In this document: positions 37,713-47,557 of the stretch, piece after piece | Layout of the letters: each line of letters begins with the position of its first letter | How positions within the stretch are numbered: the stretch's first letter is position 1 | Origin: an uncultured bacterium | Lineage (GTDB): Bacteria > Bacillota_I > Bacilli_A > RFN20 > CAG-826 | Direction of reading: 5' to 3' | NCBI GenBank assembly: GCA_949296775.1 | Contig: CASFQA010000004.1 | Span: forward strand, 3,698 to 67,697 | Length of the DNA: 64,000 nt | Position numbers and translations under genes: made by a program | Notes under the pieces: model-generated | Databases searched by the model: none | Seen by the model: the letters and a program-made list of their open reading frames with translations, nothing else | Told to the model about the DNA's origin: nothing

Positions 37713-39017
37713 TTAGGTTCTTTGACGATAGATAATATGCAGCGGAGTGCCGGTAAAATCGAAACTTTCCCTTAGACGGTTCTCCAAGTATCGGGTGTAG
37801 GAAAAATGAGCGAAATTCGGATCGTTGCAAAAGCAAACGAAGGTCGGTGGATTGGTGCTCACTTGGGAAGCGAAAACAATCTTCAATCGACCGTGGTTGA
37901 ATTCTGGGGTCGGATTCATTTGCTGGGCGTCTTGGATAATCTGATTCAGAATCGAGGTCCCGACCCGGCGCGAGGCGGCTTCATAAGCTTGTTTGACCGC
38001 CGGCAAAATTGATTGGACATTCCGCCCGGTTTTAGCCGAGCAAAAGATGACTTTGGCAAAAGAGAGGAACTTGAAGCGGGTCCTGATCTCCTCTTCGAAC
38101 TGCTGCTGCATAAGCCCCTTGGGAGCTTGATCCCACTTATTGACGACGATGACGATCCCCTTTTTGGCTTCTAAGGCGTAACCGGCGACATGGCGGTCCT
38201 GATCGAGGATGCCTTTCTCGGCATCGATGACGATGACGGCGACTTGGCTCCGGTCGATGGCTCGCATCGCCCGTAAAGCCGCGTATTTATCAATCGATTC
38301 ATAAATCCGGCCCCGCTTGACCAGCCCCGCGGTATCGATGGCGACGAAATTGCCGAGGTCGGAGCTGAAGGGGGTGTCAATCGAATCCCGGGTCGTCCCG
38401 GCTAAGCTATTGACGATAACCCGGTTCTCGCCCAAGATCGCGTTGGTCAAGCTCGATTTGCCGACATTGGGCCGCCCGATGAAGGAAAAGGCGATGCTAT
38501 CCGGGTACTCCTCTTCCTCGTTGTTCGGCAACAAGGAGATAATCCGGTCCAGCAAATCGCCGATCCCGATGCCATGGGCCCCGGAAACCACGAGCGGGTC
38601 CCCCAAACCCAAAGCATAAAACTCGCTGGAGTCAGCGACCATTTCGATATTGTCGATTTTATTCACGGCAAGGATGACCGGTTTGCCCGATCGGTAAAGC
38701 ATCCGGGCCACCGCTTTGTCATCGCCGCTTAAGCCCATTTTCCCATCGACCACGAAGACGATGACGTCGGCTTCTTCGATGGCGATTTGCACCTGAGCCC
38801 GGATTTCGGTCTGAAAGGGGGCGTTTTTGATCTCGACGCCGCCGGTATCGACGACTCGGAATTTCCTAGTCAGCCATTCCCCGGTCCCGTAGAGCCGATC
38901 GCGGGTCACCCCTGGGGTGTCCTCGACGATCGATGAACGCTGACCGACCATCCGGTTGAAGATGGTCGATTTGCCGACGTTGGGAGCCCCGACTAAAGCC
39001 ACGAGCCCTAGCGGCAT
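37713..39017 (-). CDS. der: ribosome biogenesis GTPase Der
   Basis: Two GTPase domains (GAPNVGKS/DTGG; GRPNVGKS/DTAG), KH-like C-terminus with YLENRLR. Confidence 0.97.
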   Translation of the reverse strand: MPLGLVALVGAPNVGKSTIFNRMVGQRSSIVEDTPGVTRDRLYGTGEWLTRKFRVVDTGGVEIKNAPFQTEIRAQVQIAIEEADVIVFVVDGKMGLSGDDKAVARMLYRSGKPVILAVNKIDNIEMVADSSEFYALGLGDPLVVSGAHGIGIGDLLDRIISLLPNNEEEEYPDSIAFSFIGRPNVGKSSLTNAILGENRVIVNSLAGTTRDSIDTPFSSDLGNFVAIDTAGLVKRGRIYESIDKYAALRAMRAIDRSQVAVIVIDAEKGILDQDRHVAGYALEAKKGIVIVVNKWDQAPKGLMQQQFEEEIRTRFKFLSFAKVIFCSAKTGRNVQSILPAVKQAYEAASRRVGTSILNQIIQDAQQMNPTPEFNHGRLKIVFASQVSTNPPTFVCFCNDPNFAHFSYTRYLENRLRESFDFTGTPLHIIYRQRT

Positions 39018-39691
39018 AACGGCTTAACCCCCGTCTTTTCCTCAATGATCTTCAAAATAGCGTCCACCACTTCCTCGATATTCATGTAAGAGGTGTCGAG
39101 GGGGACGGCATCGCTTGCTTGCTTCAAAGGGGCGAAATCCCGATGGGAATCGATGAAGTCCCTTTTCCGCAAATCGGCGCAGACGTCTTCATAAGAAGTC
39201 GGAATCCCTTTGAGCTGATTCTCTTCGTACCGCCGCTTCGCTCGGGTCTCGACCGAAGCGATTTGGAAGATCTTCACGTCCGCGTGTGGCAAAACGTAAG
39301 TCCCGATGTCCCGGCCGTCCATCACCACCGAGACCTTCTCCGCCATTTTTCGCTGCATCCGAACCAAAGCCAGCCGAATATCCTTATAGGAAGCGATATA
39401 GGAAACGTTGGAGGAGACATCAACCTCCCGGATGGCCTTGCTTACATCCTCTCCGTTGCATTTGACGACGTAACCCGGCAAAAGCTCGATTTTAACCTCA
39501 TCGATGATCGAGCAGGCCTCTTGTTCGTTCTCCGGATCGAGCCCTTTCTTCAAGACCGCATAAGTAAAAGCCCGATACATCGCGCCGGTATCGATATAAA
39601 TGAATCCCAACGCTTTGGCGACGAGTTTGGCGACGGTGCTTTTGCCAGCGGCCGCCGGCCCGTCGATGGCAATGGAGATGGCTTTGCTCAT
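39008..39691 (-). CDS. cmk: cytidylate kinase
   Basis: IAIDGPAAAGKST, DTGAMYR, DGRDIGT, RDFIDSHR. Confidence 0.97.
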   Translation of the reverse strand: MSKAISIAIDGPAAAGKSTVAKLVAKALGFIYIDTGAMYRAFTYAVLKKGLDPENEQEACSIIDEVKIELLPGYVVKCNGEDVSKAIREVDVSSNVSYIASYKDIRLALVRMQRKMAEKVSVVMDGRDIGTYVLPHADVKIFQIASVETRAKRRYEENQLKGIPTSYEDVCADLRKRDFIDSHRDFAPLKQASDAVPLDTSYMNIEEVVDAILKIIEEKTGVKPLCR

Positions 39692-39694
39692 GGT

Positions 39695-40006
39695 TCACTC
39701 CCACAATAAAAGAAAATAAACGGCAACCAAGAAAGCAATGGCAATCCCCAAGCCGATGAGCTTAAGGGCCAAATGGACGTTGCGCCGTTTTAAATAAAGC
39801 CGGTAAGGAGTGGAATTCTCCTCCGGCTCGGCGTTGTTGAAACTTCCCATCCGGTCAGCAGAATAGGAAATAGAAGAAGAGGAAGGGGCGACGACGCCGA
39901 CATCCCGCCAATCATTGAGATACTTGCCGTTATCAGCGAAAGCGCTTGAAGGCAAGGCCAAGATTCTTTGGCGGTATTTAGCGTGTCGTTCCTTCCTCGT
40001 TTCCAT
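39695..40006 (-). CDS. hypothetical protein with C-terminal TM helix
   Basis: 103 aa ORF filling the gap before cmk, TATACT 7 nt upstream of ATG, hydrophobic C-terminus. Confidence 0.65.
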   Translation of the reverse strand: METRKERHAKYRQRILALPSSAFADNGKYLNDWRDVGVVAPSSSSISYSADRMGSFNNAEPEENSTPYRLYLKRRNVHLALKLIGLGIAIAFLVAVYFLLLWE

Positions 40007-40044
40007 CTAGCCTAGTATAGGCTAATCGCGGAACGGTTGCTAAC

Positions 40045-40269
40045 CTATTTCGCGAAGGTCAGATGTTTGAAGAGCAAGCACCAGATGATATCGACCCAGC
40101 CCCAGACGAGACCGATGAAGGTAACGATGATGGCGCAGACGAGGCGGATGATGCCCGGCTTCTCCAAGAAAGCAGTCCAGCGGACGACCAACTCAGTGAC
40201 CCAGTTGACGACCGGGATCAACAAGAGAAGGATCTGAATCAAGCGCGATTGCTGATTGAACCATTTCAT
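40045..40269 (-). CDS. small hypothetical membrane protein
   Basis: GGAGG SD 8 nt before ATG 40269, hydrophobic 74 aa, strong C-ending codon bias. Confidence 0.7.
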   Translation of the reverse strand: MKWFNQQSRLIQILLLLIPVVNWVTELVVRWTAFLEKPGIIRLVCAIIVTFIGLVWGWVDIIWCLLFKHLTFAK

Positions 40270-40437
40270 AATTTTCACCTCCGAAAAAGTTCGCCTTATT
40301 GTAACCGAATATACTTAACTTTCCACACTTGAATGAATATATTAGTTAAGTTTATTTAACATTAATGGTCGCTTTTTCCTTTGCTTGCTTTCAATCCCTG
40401 CACTATAATGCCCCCGTTGAGTGGAGGATTTAATTTC

Positions 40438-40617
40438 ATGAAGAAACTCAAAGTTGATACCGATCTTTGCATCGGCTGCGGGCTCTGCGCCGGCACCCAC
40501 GGCGACATCTTCGCCATTAACGCCGACAATAAAGCCGAAGTCATCGCCGATGCCGACGACGACAGCGCCGCCGACGCCATCGCCAATTGCCCGGTTCAGG
40601 CCATCACCGAAGAATAA
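40438..40617 (+). CDS. ferredoxin (single-cluster type)
   Basis: CIGCGLC...CPVQAI; GGAGG SD. Confidence 0.92.
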   Translation: MKKLKVDTDLCIGCGLCAGTHGDIFAINADNKAEVIADADDDSAADAIANCPVQAITEE

Positions 40618-40625
40618 ATATTCTT

Positions 40626-40662
40626 AAAAAGCAAAGCCCGACTCGCCGTCGGGTTTTCTTTT
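40626..40662. terminator. bidirectional terminator between ferredoxin and ribU
   Basis: AAGCCCGAC-TCGCC-GTCGGGTTT flanked by A and T runs. Confidence 0.75.
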
Positions 40663-41359
40663 ACCTCTCAAACCGCAGCAGCTTATGGATGGAACGGTAG
40701 ACGAAGAAAGTCACGATGATGACGATAACGTCCTTAAAGAGATTAAAAGGCAGGACGGCGAAGAAAGCATAGCTCCAGCCAATGTCCTTGATGGCGGGGT
40801 TGGCCAGCTGCATAACCGCCAACAAACCGGCTTCGTCGATGCCATAAAGGTTCATATAGAAAGGGATCATCAGGTAGACATTCAAGAACATAGCGACCAC
40901 GATTTGAAACAAAGTCGCGACCGAAAAGGCAATGGCGACCCCTTTTAGGTTCCGTTTCTTCTTATAGATCAAGGCGGCGATGCCAACGTAAGCCCCCGAA
41001 AGCAATAGATCGGTCAATTCCCCCACCCCGACCGTCGAGGTCAAAGGCAATTTGACCAGCGTCTTGATGAGGATTGCCGAAATCCCGCTTAAAGGACCGT
41101 AGGCAAAGCCGGCGATAAAGCAGGGGATCTCATCGAAGTGGAGGGAGAGAAACGAAGGGATGAACGGCAAATTGATGGTGAAGATGGGAACGACGTAAAG
41201 AATGCTGGCAAAAGCCCCAAAGATCGCGACCCGGGCGATAAAGCGGGTGGAATTGAACTTCCTTTGCCCATTGTACGCCCCGAAAAAGCGGAACGAGGCC
41301 GCCAGCAAGACAAAAGAGGCAACAATCGCGATAATGGCGTTGATTTGGCTGTTATCCAT
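40661..41359 (-). CDS. ribU: ECF transporter S component, probably riboflavin
   Basis: Multi-TM; FLSLHFDEIPCFIAGFAYGP, GVGEL, PFNLFK; preceded by an FMN riboswitch. Confidence 0.85.
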   Translation of the reverse strand: MDNSQINAIIAIVASFVLLAASFRFFGAYNGQRKFNSTRFIARVAIFGAFASILYVVPIFTINLPFIPSFLSLHFDEIPCFIAGFAYGPLSGISAILIKTLVKLPLTSTVGVGELTDLLLSGAYVGIAALIYKKKRNLKGVAIAFSVATLFQIVVAMFLNVYLMIPFYMNLYGIDEAGLLAVMQLANPAIKDIGWSYAFFAVLPFNLFKDVIVIIVTFFVYRSIHKLLRFER

Positions 41360-41400
41360 TAAAAAATCCTCCTGCTCAGGGAGGGAAATGACATAGTTCG

Positions 41401-41511
41401 GTCACTTCTATCATCCGGACTGTACCGTTGGCATCGGAGTTCCACCGATTCGTGCTTTCGCTCGCGGGCTGTCACCGCCAGTCGACGTAATTCTCGTCGC
41501 CCTGAAGCGAC
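41401..41511 (-). promoter_or_regulatory. FMN riboswitch (RFN element)
   Basis: Minus strand TTCAGGGC...ACTGGCGGT...AGCCCGCGA...TCGGTG...CCAACGGT..AGTCCGGATG..AGAAG with P1 GTCGCTTC/GAAGTGAC; TATAAT just upstream. Confidence 0.93.
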
Positions 41512-41541
41512 ACTATTATAGACCTTTGGGGGAGAATGCAA

Positions 41542-42387
41542 TCACCTATTCTTGCTTTTCAGCAGCTTTAAGACGAATTTCTCCTTTTCCTTGGGGTTAT
41601 GGAAGCGGAAGGTCACCGATTTGGCTTGAATCGAAACCTCGGAAGCCGAGGGGTATTTGCTTAGCAGCGCTTTCTCTTGCTTCGGGGCGATGAGTTTTTT
41701 CCCAGCCCGGACCAAGGCCTCGGCGTCGCGAACCGATAAGCGCTCGGCTTTGATTTTCTTTGCGCATTCTTCGACCTCACGTCCAGACAAAGAGGCCAAG
41801 GCCTTGGCGTGCCCATATGAAAGGGTCCCGAGGCAAATGTCATCCCTGATCGAGGCGGGCAATTTCATGATTCGCAGGATATTGGTTATCTGGGAACGGG
41901 ATTGATGGGTCAAATCCGCCAAAGTCTGTTGGGTATAGCCGAATTTCTCTTTCAAGGAAAGGCAGATGAGCCCCAATTCGATGACGTTGGTATCCCGTTG
42001 GTCGCGGGTATCGGCCAATAGCATCAGCAGCTCCTCTTCGTCCCCGACGTTGACGATGACGCAAGGCAAAGAGAGAATGCCGGCCTTTTTGGCCCCGAGA
42101 AAACGTTTTCGCCCTAGGATAAGCTCGTATCGGTCGCCGAGGCTACGGACAACCAGCGGATTGTAAAAGCCTTTCTCCTTCAGCCCGGCGGCAAAGGCGT
42201 CGATCGTGTTCTCGGGTACCACGACATCCTTAATATAGGAGGTATCGTCGATCAAGGAGGAAGGAATCAATTTCGTCGGGGCGCTTTGATATTCCTTCTC
42301 CATGACCGCGATGACGTCTTCTTGGGAGAAGCGTTCGATCAGGTCGCTTAAGGATGGCAACGACTTCTTCCCTTTACCTTGGCTCAT
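41542..42387 (-). CDS. parB: ParB/Spo0J partition protein
   Basis: GFYNPLVVR, YELILGRKR, TQQTLA HTH with KSR-like QSRSQITNILR, GHAKAL. Confidence 0.88.
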   Translation of the reverse strand: MSQGKGKKSLPSLSDLIERFSQEDVIAVMEKEYQSAPTKLIPSSLIDDTSYIKDVVVPENTIDAFAAGLKEKGFYNPLVVRSLGDRYELILGRKRFLGAKKAGILSLPCVIVNVGDEEELLMLLADTRDQRDTNVIELGLICLSLKEKFGYTQQTLADLTHQSRSQITNILRIMKLPASIRDDICLGTLSYGHAKALASLSGREVEECAKKIKAERLSVRDAEALVRAGKKLIAPKQEKALLSKYPSASEVSIQAKSVTFRFHNPKEKEKFVLKLLKSKNR

Positions 42388-43147
42388 GATCGATGACCTC
42401 GCGGGCTAAGGAAAAATAGGCGGCGGCGCCAGAAGAAGAGGGCTTAAAGGCGGTGACGGGGGTTTGCGACGCCTGGGAATCGACGATCGATTGGTTACGG
42501 GGGATTGAGGTCAAGAAGGTATTCTCCTTGAACAAGGAACGGACCTGAGCCGAGATCTCCGCCCCTAATTGGGTACGGGCATCGTACATCGTGAGCAAGA
42601 ACCCTTCGATCTTCAAAGAAGGATTCAGCCGGCGCTGTACGTTGCTGATCGAGGAAAGGATCGCCCCCACCGCTTCCATGGCGAAGTATTCGCACTGAAC
42701 GGGGATGATGACCGAAGAGGAGCAAGTCAAGGCGTTGAGGCTTAAGGCCCCAAGCGAGGGCGGGCAGTCGATGATGAGGTAATCGTAATCGTCCTTTACC
42801 GATTGCAATGCCCTTTCCAGCAAGGAAAAGGCGTTAGGCTGCGGGGAGGAAACCAACGAGGCCTCAAGGGCGGCTAGCCGAAGATTCGAGGGAAGCAGGC
42901 TAACATTGGGGATGCCGCTTTCGATGATGGCCTCTTTCGCCTCAGCCTTGCCGGAAAGCACTTCGAAAATCGTCTTCTCGACCAAAGCGATATCGACCCC
43001 GTACCCGCGCGCCGAATTGCCTTGCGGATCCATATCGATCAGCAAAACCTTGCGGTTAAGCGAGCCGAGGGCGGAGGATAAGTTGATGGCGGTCGTGGTC
43101 TTCCCGACTCCCCCTTTTTGATTGGCGATGGCGATAATCCGACTCAT
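42374..43147 (-). CDS. parA: ParA/Soj ATPase
   Basis: IANQKGGVGKTT, DMDPQGN, IIDCPPSLG, PVQCEY, LTMYD; start trimmed to MSRIIA. Confidence 0.95.
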   Translation of the reverse strand: MSRIIAIANQKGGVGKTTTAINLSSALGSLNRKVLLIDMDPQGNSARGYGVDIALVEKTIFEVLSGKAEAKEAIIESGIPNVSLLPSNLRLAALEASLVSSPQPNAFSLLERALQSVKDDYDYLIIDCPPSLGALSLNALTCSSSVIIPVQCEYFAMEAVGAILSSISNVQRRLNPSLKIEGFLLTMYDARTQLGAEISAQVRSLFKENTFLTSIPRNQSIVDSQASQTPVTAFKPSSSGAAAYFSLAREVIDHEPR

Positions 43148-43845
43148 AAAGGCCGCTCCACGATGTCTTTCCAAAGGCGAGGGTATTTCCGCTCGGTCGA
43201 CCCGGTTTTGGCGAAAATCAGCTCCACCCGGGTCTCGCCGCATTCCGGCAACAAGAAACGATCCGCCCCTTTGTAGGTTAGCCGCAATGCCCTAATGGCG
43301 TTTTTGGCCCCAAGAAGCTCCTCATCGGCTTTCGCCCCTTTCATGGCGACGATTAAGCCGTTTAATTTGGCAAGGGGAGCCGCCACTTCGAGGAAGATAG
43401 GCAAAGCGGCAAAGCCGCGGCAGGTAACGACATCGAAATAATCGCGGAAACAATCCATTTCCTCCGCTCGGCCAATATGAAACTTCACGTTGGGGATTTG
43501 CAGGGTTTTCTTGATTTCTTCAAGGAAGAGGAATTTCTTTTTCGTCGAATCGACGAGGGTGATTTCCGAATCGGGAAGAGCTAAAGCAAGCACCATGCCC
43601 GGAAAGCCAGCTCCCGAACCCAAATCGCAAATTCGCTTATTGGCGAAATCGTGGTTTTCCAAAAGCAAAAGGCAGTCGAGGAAATGTTTTTCATAGACCG
43701 CATCGGCCTCGGTTATGGCGGTGAGGTTCATCCGCTTATTCCAGTCGGAAAGCAGTTCACAATAAAGGCTTAGTTTAGAATAAAAGGAAGGCGGAAATAT
43801 AATACCTTTGGATTCGAGGATGGCGGTGAGTTTGGCTTCATCCAT
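43144..43845 (-). CDS. rsmG: 16S rRNA m7G527 methyltransferase
   Basis: WNKRMNLTAI, KHFLDC, DLGSGAGFPG, YPRLW. Confidence 0.95.
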   Translation of the reverse strand: MDEAKLTAILESKGIIFPPSFYSKLSLYCELLSDWNKRMNLTAITEADAVYEKHFLDCLLLLENHDFANKRICDLGSGAGFPGMVLALALPDSEITLVDSTKKKFLFLEEIKKTLQIPNVKFHIGRAEEMDCFRDYFDVVTCRGFAALPIFLEVAAPLAKLNGLIVAMKGAKADEELLGAKNAIRALRLTYKGADRFLLPECGETRVELIFAKTGSTERKYPRLWKDIVERPL

Positions 43846-45715
43846 GGTTCTTTTCCTTCAACTTCAAAAGCAAGATAGCGACATCGGCCGGGTTAACGCC
43901 GGGAATCCGGCTCGCTTCCCCGATTGAGAGCGGGCGAACCTGATCGAGTTTTTGCCGCGCCTCTAATCTTAAACCATCCATGTGGAGATAATCGATAGAA
44001 GGGGATAAAACCATCGATTCTTTTTTCCGGCTGCTTTCGATGGAGGCCTCTTCTTTGGCGATATAGCCTTCATACTTCACCTTGGTTTCCACCGAAAGAA
44101 CCTCGTCATAATCAAGCGCCAAGCAAGAAAGCCGCGTCATCAAAGGAGCTAAGCGGGCGAAAGAGAAATGCGGCCGCTTCAAAATATCGATGCCATGGAA
44201 TCCTTGATTGGTCGCCGGGAAGCCATTCTCGATCAAATAGGCGTTGAGCCCTTCCCGATCATCGACCAAATCCTCTTTAAGGATCGCGATGGCTTCGTCA
44301 ATCCGGGCCATTTTCCGCTTATAGGCTTGATAACGCTCCTCGTCGATAAGACCGAAGCGATGGCCATATTCGGTAAGCCGCGCGTCGGCATTATCGTGGC
44401 GCAGCAAAAGCCGGTGCTCGGCCCTAGAGGTCAATAGGCGATACGGTTCATCGGCTCCCTTCGTGACCAAATCATCGATCATGACGCCAATATAGGCTTC
44501 CTCCCGCGACAAGATGAACTTCGGCAGCCCCAAAAGCTCGTTCCCGGCATTGATGCCGGCCATTAAGCCGAGCCCGGCGGCCTCTTCATATCCCGAGGTC
44601 CCGCAAATCTGGCCGGCGCAATAAAGCCCTTCGACCCCCTTAACCTTCATGGTGGCGTCGAATTGCAAAGGGCAAAGCGCTTCGTATTCGATTTGATACG
44701 CGTACTTCAGCAGCTTGGCATGCTCCAATCCCGGCAAAGTATGGACCATCGCTTCCTGCAGTTCATGAGGCATGCCGGTCGAGAACCCTTGAAGGTAAAA
44801 CGAATCCCCGTCAGCAAACTCCGGCTCCAAAAACAATTGATGACGGGGTTTGTCGGCGAAACGGACGACTTTGCTTTCGATTGATGGGCAATAACGAGGG
44901 CCGGAACTATTGATAAGCCCATTGAACAATGCTGACTGATCAAGATTTTCCTTGATGAGTTCGATAGTCGCCGGTGTGGTATAGATCAAGTAGCAAGGCA
45001 ATTGCTCAGCAAGGGGGGTGTAATGGTTGGTCGAATAAGAAAAACGGAGAGGTTCGTCGCTCCCTATTTGGATCTCGGCTTTGGAGAAATCGATGGTCTT
45101 TTTATCTAGGCGGGGCGGGGTGCCGGTCTTTAAGCGAAAAGTCTTCACCCCCAAAGCGTTAAGCGAGGCGGCCAACCCGATTGAGCTCTCCTCCCCATCC
45201 GGGCCGCCAGGATAGGCAGAAGTACCGGAAATAATCGTCGAATCCAAGTAAGTCCCGGTAGTGAGGATCACTATTTTTCCCTGCAAAAGGCCGCTTTTTG
45301 AAGCGAAAACTCCGTTCACCCGCTTATCGACATAAGAAAGGGCCTTAACCTCGTCTTCGATGATAAATAAGTTTGGGAGCGCGGAAAGGAGGCTTTGGAC
45401 GAAAGCCGGATACCCGCGCTTATCCTGTTGGCTGCGCAGACATTGGACCCCGGGGCCCTTGCCGGTATTAAGCATTTTCATCTGCAAGGGGCGATGATCG
45501 GCCGCTACCCCCATCAAGCCGCCTAAGGCATCGATTTCCCGCACCACGATCCCTTTGGCCGACCCGCCGATATGGGGGTTGCAAGGCATGTTGGCGATCA
45601 TCTTCCCGTTCAAAGTGATGAGGGCGGTCTTAAACCCCCGCAGCGCCGTGCTCCGGGCCGCCTCAACCCCGGCGTGTCCCCCGCCGACTACGATAACGTC
45701 GAAGACATTGTCCAC
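43838..45715 (-). CDS. mnmG: tRNA U34 carboxymethylaminomethyl modification enzyme
   Basis: GGGHAGVEA, MPCNP.IGG.AKG, RLKTGTPPR, GPRYCPSIE, AGQICGTSGYEEAA. Confidence 0.97.
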   Translation of the reverse strand: MDNVFDVIVVGGGHAGVEAARSTALRGFKTALITLNGKMIANMPCNPHIGGSAKGIVVREIDALGGLMGVAADHRPLQMKMLNTGKGPGVQCLRSQQDKRGYPAFVQSLLSALPNLFIIEDEVKALSYVDKRVNGVFASKSGLLQGKIVILTTGTYLDSTIISGTSAYPGGPDGEESSIGLAASLNALGVKTFRLKTGTPPRLDKKTIDFSKAEIQIGSDEPLRFSYSTNHYTPLAEQLPCYLIYTTPATIELIKENLDQSALFNGLINSSGPRYCPSIESKVVRFADKPRHQLFLEPEFADGDSFYLQGFSTGMPHELQEAMVHTLPGLEHAKLLKYAYQIEYEALCPLQFDATMKVKGVEGLYCAGQICGTSGYEEAAGLGLMAGINAGNELLGLPKFILSREEAYIGVMIDDLVTKGADEPYRLLTSRAEHRLLLRHDNADARLTEYGHRFGLIDEERYQAYKRKMARIDEAIAILKEDLVDDREGLNAYLIENGFPATNQGFHGIDILKRPHFSFARLAPLMTRLSCLALDYDEVLSVETKVKYEGYIAKEEASIESSRKKESMVLSPSIDYLHMDGLRLEARQKLDQVRPLSIGEASRIPGVNPADVAILLLKLKEKNHG

Positions 45716-47115
45716 TAGCCGATCGACCCCGCCATATCCAGTTTGATGAGTTGATTCAGCTCAACCGCGTATTCCATCGGCAACTCCTTCGAGAAAGGCT
45801 CGATGAAGCCCATGACTATCATCTGGGTCGCGTCCTTTTCGCTCAAGCCGCGACTCATTAGATAAAACAGCCGTTCCTCGGATATCTTCGAGACCGTGGC
45901 CTCGTGTTCGATATAGGAATCGTCGTTTTTGATTTCGTTGGTCGGGATCGTGTCGGAGGCGGAGATATCATCGAGGATCAAAGTGTCGCATTCGACGTGG
46001 GATTTCGCCCCGATGGCTTCTTTGTGGTGACGGACGGTCCCCCGATAATTGGCGACTCCCCCGCCTTTTACGATCGATTTGGAAATGATCGTCGAGGAGG
46101 TGTTTTTGCCGATATGGATCATCCGCGCCCCGGCGTCTTGGTATTGCCCCTTCCCGGCGACCGCGATCGAAATGCAATTGCCCTTGGCGTTATCCCCGGC
46201 AAGCACGCAGCCGGGATACTTCATGTTGACCATCGAACCGATGTTGCCGTCGATCCATTCCATCAAGCCGCCTTCTTCGACATAAGCTCTCTTGGTGACG
46301 AGGTTAACGATGTTGTTGCTCCAATTTTGAACGGTCGAATAACGGCATTTGGCGTTTTTGCCAACGTAGATCTCCACCACCGCCGCGTGAAGCGAATCCT
46401 TGGAATAAATCGGGGCGGTGCACCCCTCAACGTAATGGACGTCGGCCCCGTCGTCGACGATGATCAGCGTCCGCTCGAACTGGCCTGATTTCTCATTGTT
46501 GATTCGGAAATAGGATTGCAAGGGCTTTTCCAGATGAACCCCTTTGGGAACATAGATGAAAGATCCGCCGGACCAAACGGCCCCGTTTAAGGCCGAGAAC
46601 TTGTTGTCGGCGAAGGGGACGACGGTATTGAAGTACTTGCGGAAAATGTCCGGACAAGTCCGCAGAGCCATATCGGTCGAAAGGAAAATCACCCCTTTGT
46701 CTTGGACTTCCTTCAGCATATTGTGATAAACGACTTCCGACTCATACTGGGTCGAGACCCCGGCCAAATACTTCGCCTCAGCTTCCGGGATGCCTAAGCG
46801 AGAGAAAGTATTCTTTATCGTCTCGGGAACCGCGTCCCAGCTGGTCTCTTCCTTTTGCGACGGCCTAGTGAAATAGGTATAGGAATCGAAATCGAGGAAA
46901 GATAAGTCCGGCCCGAAAGAGGGCATCGGCATCGCTTTGAACGCCCGATAGGCCTTGAGGCGGAATTCCTTCATCCAATCGGGCTCGCCTTTAAGCCGGC
47001 TGATTTCGCTGACGATATCCTCGTTAAGCCCTTTCCCGGTATTCAAGACCGAGACGTCCTGATCCTTGAAACCGTATTTATACTCTTCGCCGATCTTCTT
47101 GATATCGTCATTCAT
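45715..47115 (-). CDS. sufB: Fe-S cluster assembly scaffold SufB
   Basis: [50 protein letters not shown]; start trimmed to MNDDIKK. Confidence 0.96.
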   Translation of the reverse strand: MNDDIKKIGEEYKYGFKDQDVSVLNTGKGLNEDIVSEISRLKGEPDWMKEFRLKAYRAFKAMPMPSFGPDLSFLDFDSYTYFTRPSQKEETSWDAVPETIKNTFSRLGIPEAEAKYLAGVSTQYESEVVYHNMLKEVQDKGVIFLSTDMALRTCPDIFRKYFNTVVPFADNKFSALNGAVWSGGSFIYVPKGVHLEKPLQSYFRINNEKSGQFERTLIIVDDGADVHYVEGCTAPIYSKDSLHAAVVEIYVGKNAKCRYSTVQNWSNNIVNLVTKRAYVEEGGLMEWIDGNIGSMVNMKYPGCVLAGDNAKGNCISIAVAGKGQYQDAGARMIHIGKNTSSTIISKSIVKGGGVANYRGTVRHHKEAIGAKSHVECDTLILDDISASDTIPTNEIKNDDSYIEHEATVSKISEERLFYLMSRGLSEKDATQMIVMGFIEPFSKELPMEYAVELNQLIKLDMAGSIG

Positions 47116-47557
47116 GATAGTGGCCCTCCAGAAGCTGCTTGAAGGCATCGAAGGCGATGGTGGCGCAATGGATCCGCGCCGCTTGCTTTGAGGTATTGGC
47201 AAAAGCTAAGGCTTCCTGCAATTTCGAAGCATCGTAAGGCTCTTCCCGAATCATCTTCATGTATTCCTCGATGATCGAGAGGGCCTCCTGTTTGCCTTTG
47301 CCGATCAACAAATCGCAAAGGATATCGCTCGAGGCGGTGGTAATCGAGCAGGAAACCCCATCCCAACAAGCGTCTTCGACCCTCTCATCCTCACCGAAAG
47401 TCAGATAGACGTCGATATCGTCGATGCAATTGACCGAAGAGGAATGGGTGGTTAAGGCCTTAGGGTCGCCGCTCCGCTTCTTATGACGGGGATTGGCGAC
47501 GTGATCCATGATGATTTCCCTCATTATCTCCGGGGTAATTTCAATTGAAGTAGGCAT
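47108..47557 (-). CDS. sufU: SufU sulfur-transfer protein
   Basis: [27 protein letters not shown] (three Cys plus Asp). Confidence 0.88.
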   Translation of the reverse strand: MPTSIEITPEIMREIIMDHVANPRHKKRSGDPKALTTHSSSVNCIDDIDVYLTFGEDERVEDACWDGVSCSITTASSDILCDLLIGKGKQEALSIIEEYMKMIREEPYDASKLQEALAFANTSKQAARIHCATIAFDAFKQLLEGHYHE

